Source: Camelus dromedarius (taxonomy: Eukaryota). From it: 64,000 bases of DNA. Of the stretch, positions 51,795 through 62,856 are shown piece by piece (position 1 is the stretch's first letter; each line of letters opens with the position of its first letter). The stretch lies in NCBI RefSeq assembly GCF_036321535.1, contig NC_087436.1, positions 62,746,001-62,810,000 of the forward strand, written 5' to 3'. Both the position numbers and the translations under genes were made by a program. The notes under the pieces are model-generated. The model did no database searches. It was given only the letters and a program-made list of their open reading frames with translations, and was not told the DNA's origin.

Positions 51795-51870
51795 GGCGTT
51801 ATCTAATTATTCCTCAACAAAGTGTTATGAAATAGGTGTCATTTTTATCCTCATTTTACACTGGGGAGAA
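51795..51870 (-). mobile_element. MIR fragment
   Basis: 'ttatctaattattcctcaacaa...tatgaaataggtgtcatttttatcctcattttaca'. Confidence 0.6.
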
Positions 51871-52214
51871 AAAAAGGCCCAATTAAATAGGACTACTGAG
51901 AAGCCCAGAAAAGCAAGATATGTGTTCCAGATTTTGATGTAAATGTATTTACATAAAAATAAGGATGTTCTGTTTAACAAACATTTATCAGCTATATTAT
52001 GTGCTCGGAAGCTTATAAATGAAAAAAGATTTTTTGTTTTTTGATGGAAACTACAGTCTAAGGGCTAGCTTTAATGTTGGTGAAAATAGAATTCAATATA
52101 TAAGAACTATAGTGTTTATACATAGCTACTTTTACCCCATGGATATATGCAATGTATTTTGGAGAATGGGGATCCTAAATTTGGTTTCAGAATACTGAAT
52201 AGAAAGAAAATAGA

Positions 52215-52460
52215 AAGTATTTAAAAACGTAAAATCTGAAATCAGGCTCCCTAGGCTTATATTCCAGCTCCCAATTCACTAGCTGAGTAAATGAATTAGA
52301 ATAAATGTGCCTCAGTTCCCTTATGCATAAAATGGGGATAATAATAGTACACCTTTCATGGATCTTTTGTTAGATTTAAGTGCATTTATATATACATATT
52401 GCTTAGAACAAGGCCTGGTTTAGAGAAAAAAAACCTATGGAAGTGATTACTTTTACTATT
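52215..52460 (+). mobile_element. MIR SINE
   Basis: 'ccagctcccaattcactagctg...tgtgcctcagttcccttat..taaaatggggataataatagtac...gcttagaacaaggcctgg'. Confidence 0.85.
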
Positions 52461-52471
52461 ACTATTTATTA

Positions 52472-52472
<1 letters not shown>

Positions 52473-52518
<46 letters not shown>
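52473..52518. repeat. (TTA)n trinucleotide repeat at the MIR tail
   Basis: Read directly. Confidence 0.92.
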
Positions 52519-52519
<1 letters not shown>

Positions 52520-52599
52520 AGACATGGCATGCACCACACACACAGTGCACACACCCGTAAACATTTAAGTGATGTCAAGGAAGCAAAAAATATCATGGT

Positions 52600-53020
52600 A
52601 TGTTTATAAAGCCAAAGAAATGTGGTGACTGGGGCGTGGAGCAGTAAGAGGGATAAAGGAGAAGTATCTTAGGGCCAAATCACAGAATGACTTACAGATG
52701 TTGTGTTAAGGACTTCAACTTGGTAACAGGGAAGCATTACAAGGTCTCAACCTCTGACCCTGGCAGGTGTTTTTATACACCTCCGGGAGGGGAGCCAGCT
52801 GATGTGAGCAGCATAACCAGAAGCAACGGTACTTAGGCGGCTGCTGTAACGGTTCAGATGAGGAGTGATGAAGACCTAAATCGACCCAATAGTATTAGAG
52901 ATGAACAACAACAACAACAATAAAAGTGTGTACCTTTTAGAAATAGAAAGAACTGTGTGAGTGACTTGATGGGCATAAAAAGGAGAACTGAAAATTCCTT
53001 TAAGCTTTTGGTAATACTGA
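52600..53020 (-). mobile_element. L2 internal fragment
   Basis: 'tgttaaggactt...gggaagcatt...ttaggcggctgctgtaacggttcagatgagg..tgatg...gtgacttgatg' resembles antisense L2. Confidence 0.6.
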
Positions 53021-54709
53021 CTGAAGTCAACCACGTTTTGAAGAAAGGAATACAAAGGGTAACAAAAAAGCAAATCTCGTTTAACACACAATGGACAGGC
53101 GGCCTTGCAATGCCTGCCTGGCAAAAAGGAGATTGTCTGCTACACTAGCCTGGAGCTATATTTGATTTTAACCATTCATAGGGCTCAAGATTTTTGTTTC
53201 CCAATTTCTTATACTTATCAATGTAGAATATGGCCTACCACAAGGGAAATTTCTCAGACTGTAATTGTAATTTTTTTCAGTTACTGTTAATGTGATTGGT
53301 GCCAAACTCTGATTTCTATTATGGAAACACTTTTGATTTTTAATGAAAATAAACTGAAAATATGCAAACATTGCTTCAAAATAAATATTTTTGTTAGATG
53401 GTTCAATGAAATTTAAAGAAACATGTGTTTACTCAATTTGGGGAAAGATGAAACACAGAAATAAAGGAATTATCTTAGCTTGTCCCTAGAAGAATTCTTA
53501 CTTCAACTGAAAATTCCTCTAACTCCCCATTGCAATTTAGTAAAATAAATACTCAACTTTTCTGGTCCTAAGCATTTTTCAATCTTCTTCTTTTTTTTTT
53601 TTTTTTCTTCAATTCTTTCCACTACTAAACCAAAACGGGAGCATTAGGTCTTGTGTTTTGGTTACTAATTACCTGCTGCAATGTATATTATGTGAGCATT
53701 TTATGACTCAAATTAAATTCAAAGAATGAATATAAAATGAGTAGGGCCAGCTTTTCTTCAACAACTCTTTGTATTTTTATTTCCTTTATGTTATTTTTTC
53801 CCCTTTGCAATCAAATCTCACTTAACAGAATTTGGCAAGAGCTAAAAGCTCTGTACTGTGTTCTTTTGACCTTTTATTTATTAAAATGCCTTGGGTACAG
53901 ATTCATTTACTTCGCAAATATTTATTGTTGTTTCACCTGACTTGAAAAGGGAGCTGTAGGCACTCTGATAAATGAATTGGGAGGCTGGCTTCTCCATACC
54001 TTCTGGAATTACTTTTATCCCTTACTGAAATGCTATCTTGCAATTTGCTGCTGGTGTGTCCCTAGGGAAACCTCAGCTGATATTTCTATGAATTCTATTG
54101 CTGCAGCCACAGCTCTATTTTTCTTTGCTCTCTGTTAGTGGAGACACATTGTTGTATGAAAAAAAAAAGTAACATTCTGAAGCAGTGGGTTTTTGCTGGT
54201 CTTGCCTTTTACTTATGCATTACAGGTAGAAATGAATGAGGTTTGTTGTGACTAGTCAGGAGAATGGGTCTTTTCTCTAATGAGTGGGATGCTTGGCATG
54301 TATTATAGTTCTAGCCACTTCTTATCAGGGACTCCATTTATCGTAGCACTTTCTTGGCTGTATGTGACTGGCAGTTACATGGACCTGTCTTCTGTAAAGA
54401 TGCTGGTCTTAGATACAAAGCTCTCTCTTTTAACAATATAAAAATAAAATATTTAGTTTGGCTTCAAAATGTCTTTAAAAAAACACAAATACAATGGATC
54501 AGTTAGGTCGCTGTTAGGTCAGTTAAAGTAATACAGGTGGAATCCTCTATGGGATAACACAGAGCCAAATTAAAGGTGAAAATTTTAGTTGACTGGATAA
54601 AGTCATGAATTTTTCTAACACATCCACCAGATCTGCTGGTTGGCTTCAATATCAAAGGAGGATTTGTCCAACAAGTACCTCCTCCTTTCCATTAGAGATT
54701 CTATGACAG

Positions 54710-55660
54710 TATTTTATTCATTTATTTAACAGATTTTTATTGAAGGCCCACTTTTCTGAGCTGTAATTGTAACCAAGCAGGACCCTGTGGGGACTTCCAG
54801 GGTCAGACCCCTCCTCCATCTCCTCTGCTGCAGCTCCTCTCTAAAGTACACAGATAATAGTATCTCACGTATATTTCCTGAGCTATTAAGATGCTTAAAG
54901 CCACCCCAAAAAGGAAAAAAATTAACTGCTTGATGATCAAGAGTGCATGGCCCCAGACCTTCTGGCACCTAGGGGTTGGTAGTGGTTGATAGTGTTGACC
55001 GCCCTGTTATCTCAACATCAACCAGTCAGAGATTGTACATGAGCTGATCACATACCCTGCAACCTCTCACCCTAACTGGCCTTTACATATGCTTTGCTGC
55101 AACCCTTTGGGGAGTTCTGGGTTTCCCTGGGCATGAGCTACCCTTTCCTCCTTGCTGGGCCCTGCAATGAACCTTTCTCTGCTCCAAACTCATGTTTCAG
55201 TTTGTTTGGCCTCATGGTGCGGCAAAGCACATGAACTTGCCTTTGGTAACACGATGATCAGCAGTGAACATGAACATAGAAAGTTCCTGCTCCCGTGCGA
55301 ATTACATTCTAATGGGACAACAGACAAAGATGAACAAGCAATGAATTAAATGCACAAGTGCTAAGAAGGAGAAAATAAATGAGTCAGCCTCAGTGAGCAG
55401 AGAGTGACAGATATGTATTGTTTTAAACATAGTAGTCAGGGAATGTCTCTCTGACTCGGTGACATTTTGAGCAGAAACATAATGAAGTCAGGGAACAAGT
55501 CCTGTAGGTATCTGGGGGAAAGATATTTTAGGCGGAGGCAAAAACAGTGTCAAAGGCTCTTAGGCAGCATTCCAGGAATAGTGGGTGTGAATCTATTGGC
55601 TTTTAGCAAAGTGACATGACAAGACTTTACTTTTTAAAAGATCACTCTGGCTACTGTTAC
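54710..55660 (-). mobile_element. L2 3' region split by an ERV LTR
   Basis: 'ttcatttatttaacagatttttattga' left of the LTR; 'cagcagtgaac...ttcctgctc...ttacattctaatggg..cagaca...gtagtcagggaa...ggtgacattttgagcaga...tttaaaagatcactctggct' right of it. Confidence 0.8.
54768..55251 (+). mobile_element. ERV (probably ERV1-class) solo LTR, lineage-restricted
   Basis: 484 bp with terminal inverted repeats tgtaacca...tggtaaca; GC-richer than its flanks; 'gcaatgaacctttctctgctccaaa' looks like a decayed poly(A)-signal/U5 region; flanks taat / cgat. Confidence 0.8.
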
Positions 55661-56470
55661 GAGCAGCAAGACAATTTCAGCATTAGTTTAGGTTTGTACC
55701 CAAGTTATTTCCAGATGACAAAATACTACTAAATCGCCAGGTGCAGCATGCTAAAGCTGGTGGATATTTTTCATTCATTTTGTCATTACTATTTTAATTT
55801 TCAGAATTAGGATTTTAGTTTAAGATTTTAAACTGGATTGACTACCTGAGAGAGATTAATTAGATCTTCATGGACTAAAATATCTGCACAGGTGCAAAGC
55901 AGATCATTTCTTGGGTGGGATCTGGGTTATGGGAGTCCCTTAATCTAAAACATGGTGTCAGAGCCTCTTGACAATTCCATGTATTACACTTCCCTTCAGT
56001 TCCCCAATTATATTAAAACTGTTAGTTTTATCTCTTATATTTAAACAATTGGTACAATAAAATCAATGAACACCAAAAACGGAGAGCAGAAAAAACTGGA
56101 AAAGTTCCTTAAAATTTGTCCATAATTGTAAGTCATCTTCATGTTTTATATTTCTATAAAATAACAGAGAGAAAACATCTCATCAGAGTCCAACATGAAT
56201 TTAGAAGTTACTGCACACGTTACTATGTTTCAGAATCTCTGTACCTGGTTAAGTCATAGAAAAGGATCAAACTCACACCCTTCCTCTGCAACTCAAAGGA
56301 CACCATTCCCCCTCAGATGAAATGAACAGCAAATATTTTCACAACGGCTTTGTTCTGAGCTGTTGGCAAAACCTCAAAGTGTCATCTAATTATCAAGTAA
56401 AACAAGCCAGCTCCTGAGTGTCAGAGATGTTGAACTATCAAGGAAAACCACCTTCAACACAATGTGAAAT

Positions 56471-56958
56471 TGTCGGGAGGAACTGCTAGTTTTTACTCAG
56501 TATCTGTCTCCTCACTTTCCTGTAGAAAATAAAAATTGTAGCTTGCCGCATGACAGCTGACTAGAAGACCACATTTTTCAGCCTCCCTTGCAGCTAAGTG
56601 TGGTCACAATAAGTGCTGACCAGTGCAACATAAGAAGTATTGATGAATAGAAATTTCAGGTCCTATTCCTAAGAGACCAGCCACACCATCCTTTCCCTTC
56701 TTCCTCCATCTTTCTTATGAGATTACACGTGTGGCAATGAATAACCTGGGACCATGTCAGTGAGGGCTGTGTCATAGAGATGGCAGAGCCACAAAATACA
56801 AGGGCCAGTGTCCATGACCCCATGATGCTAACTCATTCATCATTCTTGGATAGACTACACTTCCGTCATTGAAAAAAAATCAACTTGCTTCTTATTTGAG
56901 CCACTTTTACTTTGGATCTTTGTTATAGCACTATGGGTGTCATATCCTAAAAATAAAC
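56471..56958 (+). mobile_element. MLT1I/J-like solo LTR (ERVL-MaLR)
   Basis: 'acatttttcagcctcccttgcagctaagtgtggtca', 'gatggcagagccacaa', 'tttgagccactt...ctttgttatagc'. Confidence 0.75.
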
Positions 56959-57659
56959 CTTAGTGGGGTTTCTAATAAATGCATCCATCCTTTCAATAAA
57001 AACAACCACCACCATAGACAAGCAGACTTTATGTCTGGGAAGCTCAGAACTTTAAAATCCAGATTCAGAAACCTTTACTGTCTGCCTAGTAGTTCAAGAT
57101 CACCTTTCCAAGGTGAAAGCCTTTTCAGTTTTCTAAGGTGTAGCAACATTCTGTTCTGTTCTTAAAACAAAAATTACATAAATATATTGTATCATAGCTT
57201 ATTAATGCCACATGTAAATTGAAACCAACAAGTCATGTATTTTCCCTCACTGATCTCAATTTAGAACATGTAATCATATCAGAGGCCTGACTTTGGTTTG
57301 ACACAAAGCTGTTTTTAAAAATTTTGTCTGATCAGAAGTCTCTGATCAAGGAAGAGTTTCTTGATACTGTCGCTTTCTCCTCCTTTAATCTTTTAAGCAT
57401 GGGTCTCAGTTTTAGCAGGGTCGAAAGAACGTTAAAAATATTAATTTTTAAAATGTTTTTTAACTTACTAAAAGTAATGCTATTTTTCCAGTTTACTGGG
57501 CATGATTCTAGTCCCCTGTGGTTGCTGTTAGTGAAAACCCTGTGTAATGTGGCTCATTGATCTCAATTTCATCTTCAGTTATTTGAACCTGGCAGCCATT
57601 TGAAACCTCGAGCTTTCTTTCTTTTCTTCATCAACACCTCCAAACACACATACACACAT

Positions 57660-57825
57660 AGTTATTTTATCTCACTCTGCTTTGTATAGCATGTGTACGT
57701 GGGTGTGCAATTGTACCTGTGAGAATCTGGAGAGTAGGTACTGTGTTTTGGTCTTTTTTTTTTCCTGCACAGTTTCTATAGTACTTGACAGAGGAAATTC
57801 CAATAAACATTTGTTAAATATAATT
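57660..57825 (+). mobile_element. L2 3' terminus
   Basis: 'ctgtgagaatctggagagtagg..ctgtgtttt...gtacttgacagagg...caataaacatttgttaaat'. Confidence 0.6.
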
Positions 57826-57832
57826 ATAATTA

Positions 57833-58145
57833 GAAAAATGTCATTGGTAATTTGATGGGGATTGCACTGAATCTGTACATTGCCTTGGGTAGTAGGGTCA
57901 TTTTAACAATACTGATTCTTCCAATCCAAGAACATGGTATATCTTTCCATCTGTTTATGTCATCTTCAATTTCTTTTATCAGTGTCTTATAATTTTTAAA
58001 GTACAAGTCCTTTGCCTCCTTGCGTAGGTTTATCCCTAGGTATTTTATTATTTTTGGTGTGATAGTAAGTGGAATTGTTCTCTTAATATTTTTTTCTGCT
58101 ATTTCGTTAGTGTATAGAAATGCAACTGGCTTCTGTATGTTAATT
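57833..58145 (-). mobile_element. Internal L1 ORF2 fragment (~310 bp) with no 3'UTR or poly(A)
   Basis: Reverse strand encodes [72 protein letters not shown], homologous to ~27345-27660 of the young L1. Confidence 0.92.
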
Positions 58146-58165
58146 AGACTAAGAAGACTTCACTA

Positions 58166-58170
<5 letters not shown>

Positions 58171-58218
<48 letters not shown>
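58171..58218. repeat. Perfect (TA)24 microsatellite
   Basis: Read directly. Confidence 0.97.
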
Positions 58219-58222
<4 letters not shown>

Positions 58223-58644
58223 CAAACTATGTTGAATGAATTTTGAAGCGATGTTCAAGCACATGAAATTCATTTTATTTATCAAACTGCATTCTTTCAG
58301 ACACAAACTAACCAAAGGTTGAATTATTCAGATGTGAAGATGTCACCATCTAGAATCATTTTCTGGAATTAATTATCTTAAAACAAAACATGAGTTTCCA
58401 GTTGCAGACAAATACTAAGTGGGCTAGTGGGCTACCATGTACCCTAAGGAAAGTGAAAGTTATATGATAACTCTGCTGTAATTATTGTGTGTTTTACTCC
58501 CAGTTTACAAGTATTCACCATAGAAAATGCCTGTATATATTCCATACTCTGACATAGGGTAAGGAGAATTGTCATAGCTTAAATTATTTAAAAGAAATTA
58601 AAATTACTTTTTGTCACACCATTATATAAGCATAATATAGTGGC

Positions 58645-59200
58645 ATCATCATAGAATTTGTGATTCAGGGGGAAACAATGAAATTCATACTTTCAACTGT
58701 ATAATGAGGAAACTGAGACTTAGAAAGGCTTGCTGATTGTCCTAAAGTAAATACACATGTAGGATGAGAGACAGGTTATTGTTGTGCTATTAAGCTATCG
58801 ATTATTAAAAGAGGACTCTGGAGCAAAATTGTTTAAGTCTTAATCGTGGCTCTTCAATGTAATAACAGTGTGACATGGGCAAGTTCCCTACCTCCTTTAT
58901 GTCTCAGTTGCCTCATCTGTAAAATAGGGCATATATTAGTATTTTACTGATTTTATAATGGGGATTAAATAAGTGACAATATGTGATAGACTTAGAGTTT
59001 TACACAGCATCTTTCCATAAGTTTTAGATGATTATTAGTAATTTTTATTAAATAGATTATATTTAATGTTCAAAACAATTGAACACATTATCTTCACATT
59101 TTATATAAGACTAGCGAGGCTCTGAAAGGGTAACTTACTTAAAATCACAAAATGTATATGTGTTTCAGTTGGAAGTCAAATGCTGTATCGACTCAAACGG
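58645..59200. mobile_element. Cluster of three MIR fragments (minus, plus, minus)
   Basis: 'atgaggaaactgagacttagaaagg'; 'tgtgacatgggcaagtt...tctcagttgcctcatctgtaaaataggg'; 'cacattttatataaga..gaggctctgaaagggtaacttactt'. Confidence 0.7.
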
Positions 59201-60004
59201 CTTTTTGTTTGTTTGTTTTACTGTATTAAGCTATGATTTCCTGTACTCTAAACAATTTTTACTGAAAGTATCTTTTGACCTATATCATGCAGTTAATAGC
59301 TTTTGTTTTTAGGGGAAACAATTTAAGCACAATTGTCAAACATAGAATTAAATATTGTGCTAGACACCTGAACTTTGAGTGGCTGAAAATACAGTTACTC
59401 CATCAAACATTTTATTTTCTTTGATTGCAGCAAAATTTTATACAAAAGGTTTGTCTTTGTTTGTTTGTAATTACTACGGGTTTTTTCTAATATATTCTGC
59501 CATTGCTAATACTGAGAAATTTTGCTCTTAGAATTAATATAACATTAACTGGAATTTTTTTCTGGTAAAATCAATTGGCCTACAATTTCTGATTTCCCAA
59601 CATCTCGTTTAGTAACTTTTCTTTGTTACTTTAAGAAACATTTATTGCCTAAATTATGTTACAGTAAATTATATGTCTTTTCATTTTTGATTACTGTATA
59701 GAAACATGCATGAAAATAAAATAAAAATTCAATATACAGTGTATATCAACAAGGAAATCAAGCACTTAAAAATATAGCCCCTTTGTGGATTGGTGTGGCA
59801 AACATTGCTAAGTTTTGGTGATTATTAAATAAAGGATCTCATGAATTATTTAGTACAAAGAACAAGTAATATACTGCTGCTGTTATCTTATTAAGCTGAA
59901 GACATTAGATGATGTTCTCTGTAATTGTATTTGAATCTAACTATATGTAAACACAACTATTATTTAAAGACACAGTTTCATAAGTGAAGGCATGTCATTT
60001 TCAC

Positions 60005-60130
60005 AAAAATCAGGAGTACAATTCCCAGTTCACTTTTTTTAAGAGTCAATAGGAAGTATCAAACCCTCTCTGGGATTTTGTCATTCATAAAATGAAGAGG
60101 CAATAAAAGGTTACTGCTTAGGTCTTTTCT
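60005..60130 (+). mobile_element. MIR fragment
   Basis: 'aattcccagttcac...aaaccctctctggg...cattcataaaatga'. Confidence 0.4.
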
Positions 60131-60881
60131 TTCATACCTGTGGTGAAAACATGGTCATGCTGGAGTAATAGCATATTATGAAATGAAAAAAAAAGTGTTT
60201 TCTTTTCTCAAACTCACCTTTTTTAATTTCCAATTTAAAAGGTCAATGGAGTTTACATTTAAATTAATGTGGTCAGTTTGAAACATGTGTTTTTCTCTTT
60301 TCCAATTAATTATGATATTAGCAATGAGAGAAGACAATAAATAATGATTTAAAAATCTTTAAATGTATTTTAAGCAGCATTGGAGAGATGGTGAATTAGA
60401 AAAGTTAACACACTGAAAATTAAGTCTGTTGATCATGTCCTTGACATATAAACTTGAAAATTTCCTATGGATTATTAAGTGCATTCTTATCATATTACTT
60501 GAATATAAGAATTATATGAATATCATTTTTATTATATTACCTGAGTATAAAGCTTTAAAAATGATGAGTATCACCATAATATTATGAATTTTTCAAGAAC
60601 CTTAATACTCAAAAGTATTTTTATAATAAAGTACTCAGAAATAAAATGTTAAAAACATCTTGGGGAATTTACAGAATGATGTGTTATTGTAAAAGGGATC
60701 TTCTGGACAAAATATATTGTAAGATCATATGTTATCAAGTTTAAATTAGTCTGAGTTTCAAAGTCATTTAAAAAACAACCCCAGTTTCTTATTCCACTTT
60801 ACTGCTTCCCTTTCCTCTGTAAACTTCCTTCAGTTGTCCATTGAGCTCAACCTCACTGCTCTCTCTCAGAGCTGTCATTGC

Positions 60882-61343
60882 TGAGGAAGGCTGAATAATG
60901 GCCCTCAGACCCTGGGGATTAGATTCCTAATCCTTGGTATGCCTAAATGTCACCTTGTATGGACAAAAGATCTTTGCAGATGTGATGAAATTAAGGCATT
61001 AATGCTTTTGAGATGGAGGGGTTATCCTGGGTTACCTAGGTGGACCCTAGTTGCAAAATCAAGTGTCCACTGAGGAGGAGGGCAGAGGGAAATTTAACAC
61101 AAACACAAGTCCACAGGACCATGGAGGCAGAGAGTGCAGTCATTTGGCCACAATCACCAAGGGTGCCAGGAACAGCAGAAGCTACAAGAGGTGTGAAATG
61201 CATTGTCCCTTAGAGCATCCAGGGGAGGGCAGTCCTGCTGACATCTGTGGCTCAGTGATTCTAATTTTGAGAAAGAAAATTCTGTAGTTGTCAGCCATCC
61301 AGCTGGTGGTAATGTGTTATAGCAGCTGCAGGAAACAAATACA
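60882..61343 (+). mobile_element. MLT1D-like solo LTR (ERVL-MaLR)
   Basis: 'aggctgaataatggccc...cctaatcc...ctttgcagatgtgat..aattaagg...ttgagatggagggg..atcctgg...ggaggcagaga...cagaagct...tggtaatgtgttatagcagc..caggaaacaaataca'. Confidence 0.88.
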
Positions 61344-62482
61344 CAAGCTCATTGTCCTTCCTGTTTCCCCTTACTTAGGACTCCACTCCATTTCTCCTTG
61401 ACTTAGTAAATTGTATTCTGCAAGTATCATTCATCCTGGTTTCAACATTCACCTTAAACTTTCTATCTCATCAGCCTTCATTCATCTCCTCAATTTTTTT
61501 TTAACACTCTTGCCACACAAATTAGCCCTTGGTTCATAGTCTTGTAATTGTTTGATTAATTTTTAATACCTTTTCTTAAATTTTACCCTACTTGCCTTCA
61601 GCTTATAATATTCTACAGAGCACATGGTTCCTACAATGTTGATCACTTCTGAAGTATTCAATCTGTTACATGTCAATCAAAGGCTTTCTAACTGTACTGT
61701 TCTTTCTCAAGTCTCTTCATTCCATGCATATTTTCTGCTCTTCATTGGGAATCTCTTTGTCTTATCCTCTAATCTTCTATTTTAAATGGCAATTTTGGTT
61801 CTCATTTTTGACGAAAAATCATTTTGTGGGTTTTAAATGCCATGTTTGAATCCAAATCCTCAACATTGGCAAACTCTTCAGTGATGAGGAGGTTATACAT
61901 ATTCAAGAGAATCCAGACTTGGATGGGCACCCACTCTGTTTTGATTGCCAACATAGAGCTGGCATTTAGAAGACTGTCTGAAGCTGTGGCCATATAACAA
62001 TATTATTTGTAAGTGAACTACAGGCTTTATTCCCATTTGGCTCTTTTGTGTACAAGACATGGCTAGAGACAAAAGGATCAGTTTGAGCATGGCCCCATAC
62101 ACATGTTTTTTTCTGGTTAACCCATGAAAGAATCAGTGATACTGACTATTTGGAATCTTCAGTTTCTAAGATAAATAGACTGAAGGAAATTAAACACGGG
62201 TGTTTGTGAAGTGTAATGATTACAGACAAAGGAATCTAATGCTGTTTTAAGGGGGGAGAACTACTAATTAATCAGATCTTTAAGATAGACAAACAGAGCC
62301 CTTAGAATAAGTTTAACAGTCCCAATAGGCCAACTGGCCAGAGAGAAGAAAAAATTTGATTTGATTGATGGAAATCATTTTGACAAGAGACAGAAATTTG
62401 GTCTCTGAATATTATTTAGCTAACTTATTCGGCAGATTCTGTTTATACCTGAAAGAGAGTTTAATCGATATAATCATAGACT

Positions 62483-62540
62483 GACACACAAACATACGTG
62501 CACACACGTGCACATGCCTTACCCACACATGAACACACAT
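62483..62540. repeat. Imperfect CA-rich repeat
   Basis: Read directly. Confidence 0.65.
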
Positions 62541-62658
62541 AGGACATGACATGCAGCTAGTAAAGAAATGATCAAATAACCAACTGCATGAAACTTAATA
62601 ATTGCTTGATAGGTGGGAAAGAGTTTACCTCTCTCTTCCTTAAAAATCCCTCACTGTT

Positions 62659-62856
62659 GTTTTTTTTTAATCGAAGTCTAGTCAGTTCACAATGTGTCAA
62701 TTTCTGGTGTACAGCATAATATTTCAGTCATATATATACATACATATATTCATTTCATATTCTTTTTCATTATAGGTTACTACCAGATATTGAATATAGC
62801 TCCCTGTGCCATACAGAAGAAACTTGCTGTATACCTAGTTTATATATAGCAGTTAC
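62659..62856 (-). mobile_element. Short L1 3'UTR insertion with a T-tail, cetartiodactyl type
   Basis: 'ttttttttaatcgaagtctagtcagtt..caatgtgtcaatttctggtgtacagcata...gatattgaatatag.tccctgtgc.atacag'; near-TSD tccctcactgtt (62647-62658) / tccccactgtt (62857-62867). Confidence 0.88.

Noticed and set aside
43917..53606. Isolated poly(A) or poly(T) runs (43917, 48795, 51385, 53591) as retrocopy tails
   Set aside because: No adjacent mRNA-like or SINE body and no TSD seen; treated as simple mononucleotide repeats
10487..54068. Isolated palindromic factor-like motifs: ggaaatttcc (~10489), gggaatattccc (~24287), tccctaggga (54059-54068)
   Set aside because: Single 10-12 bp motifs without clustering or conservation data cannot be distinguished from chance
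61802..62102. Overlapping short ORFs on both strands in unique sequence
   Set aside because: No recognisable protein similarity and no convincing flanking splice sites
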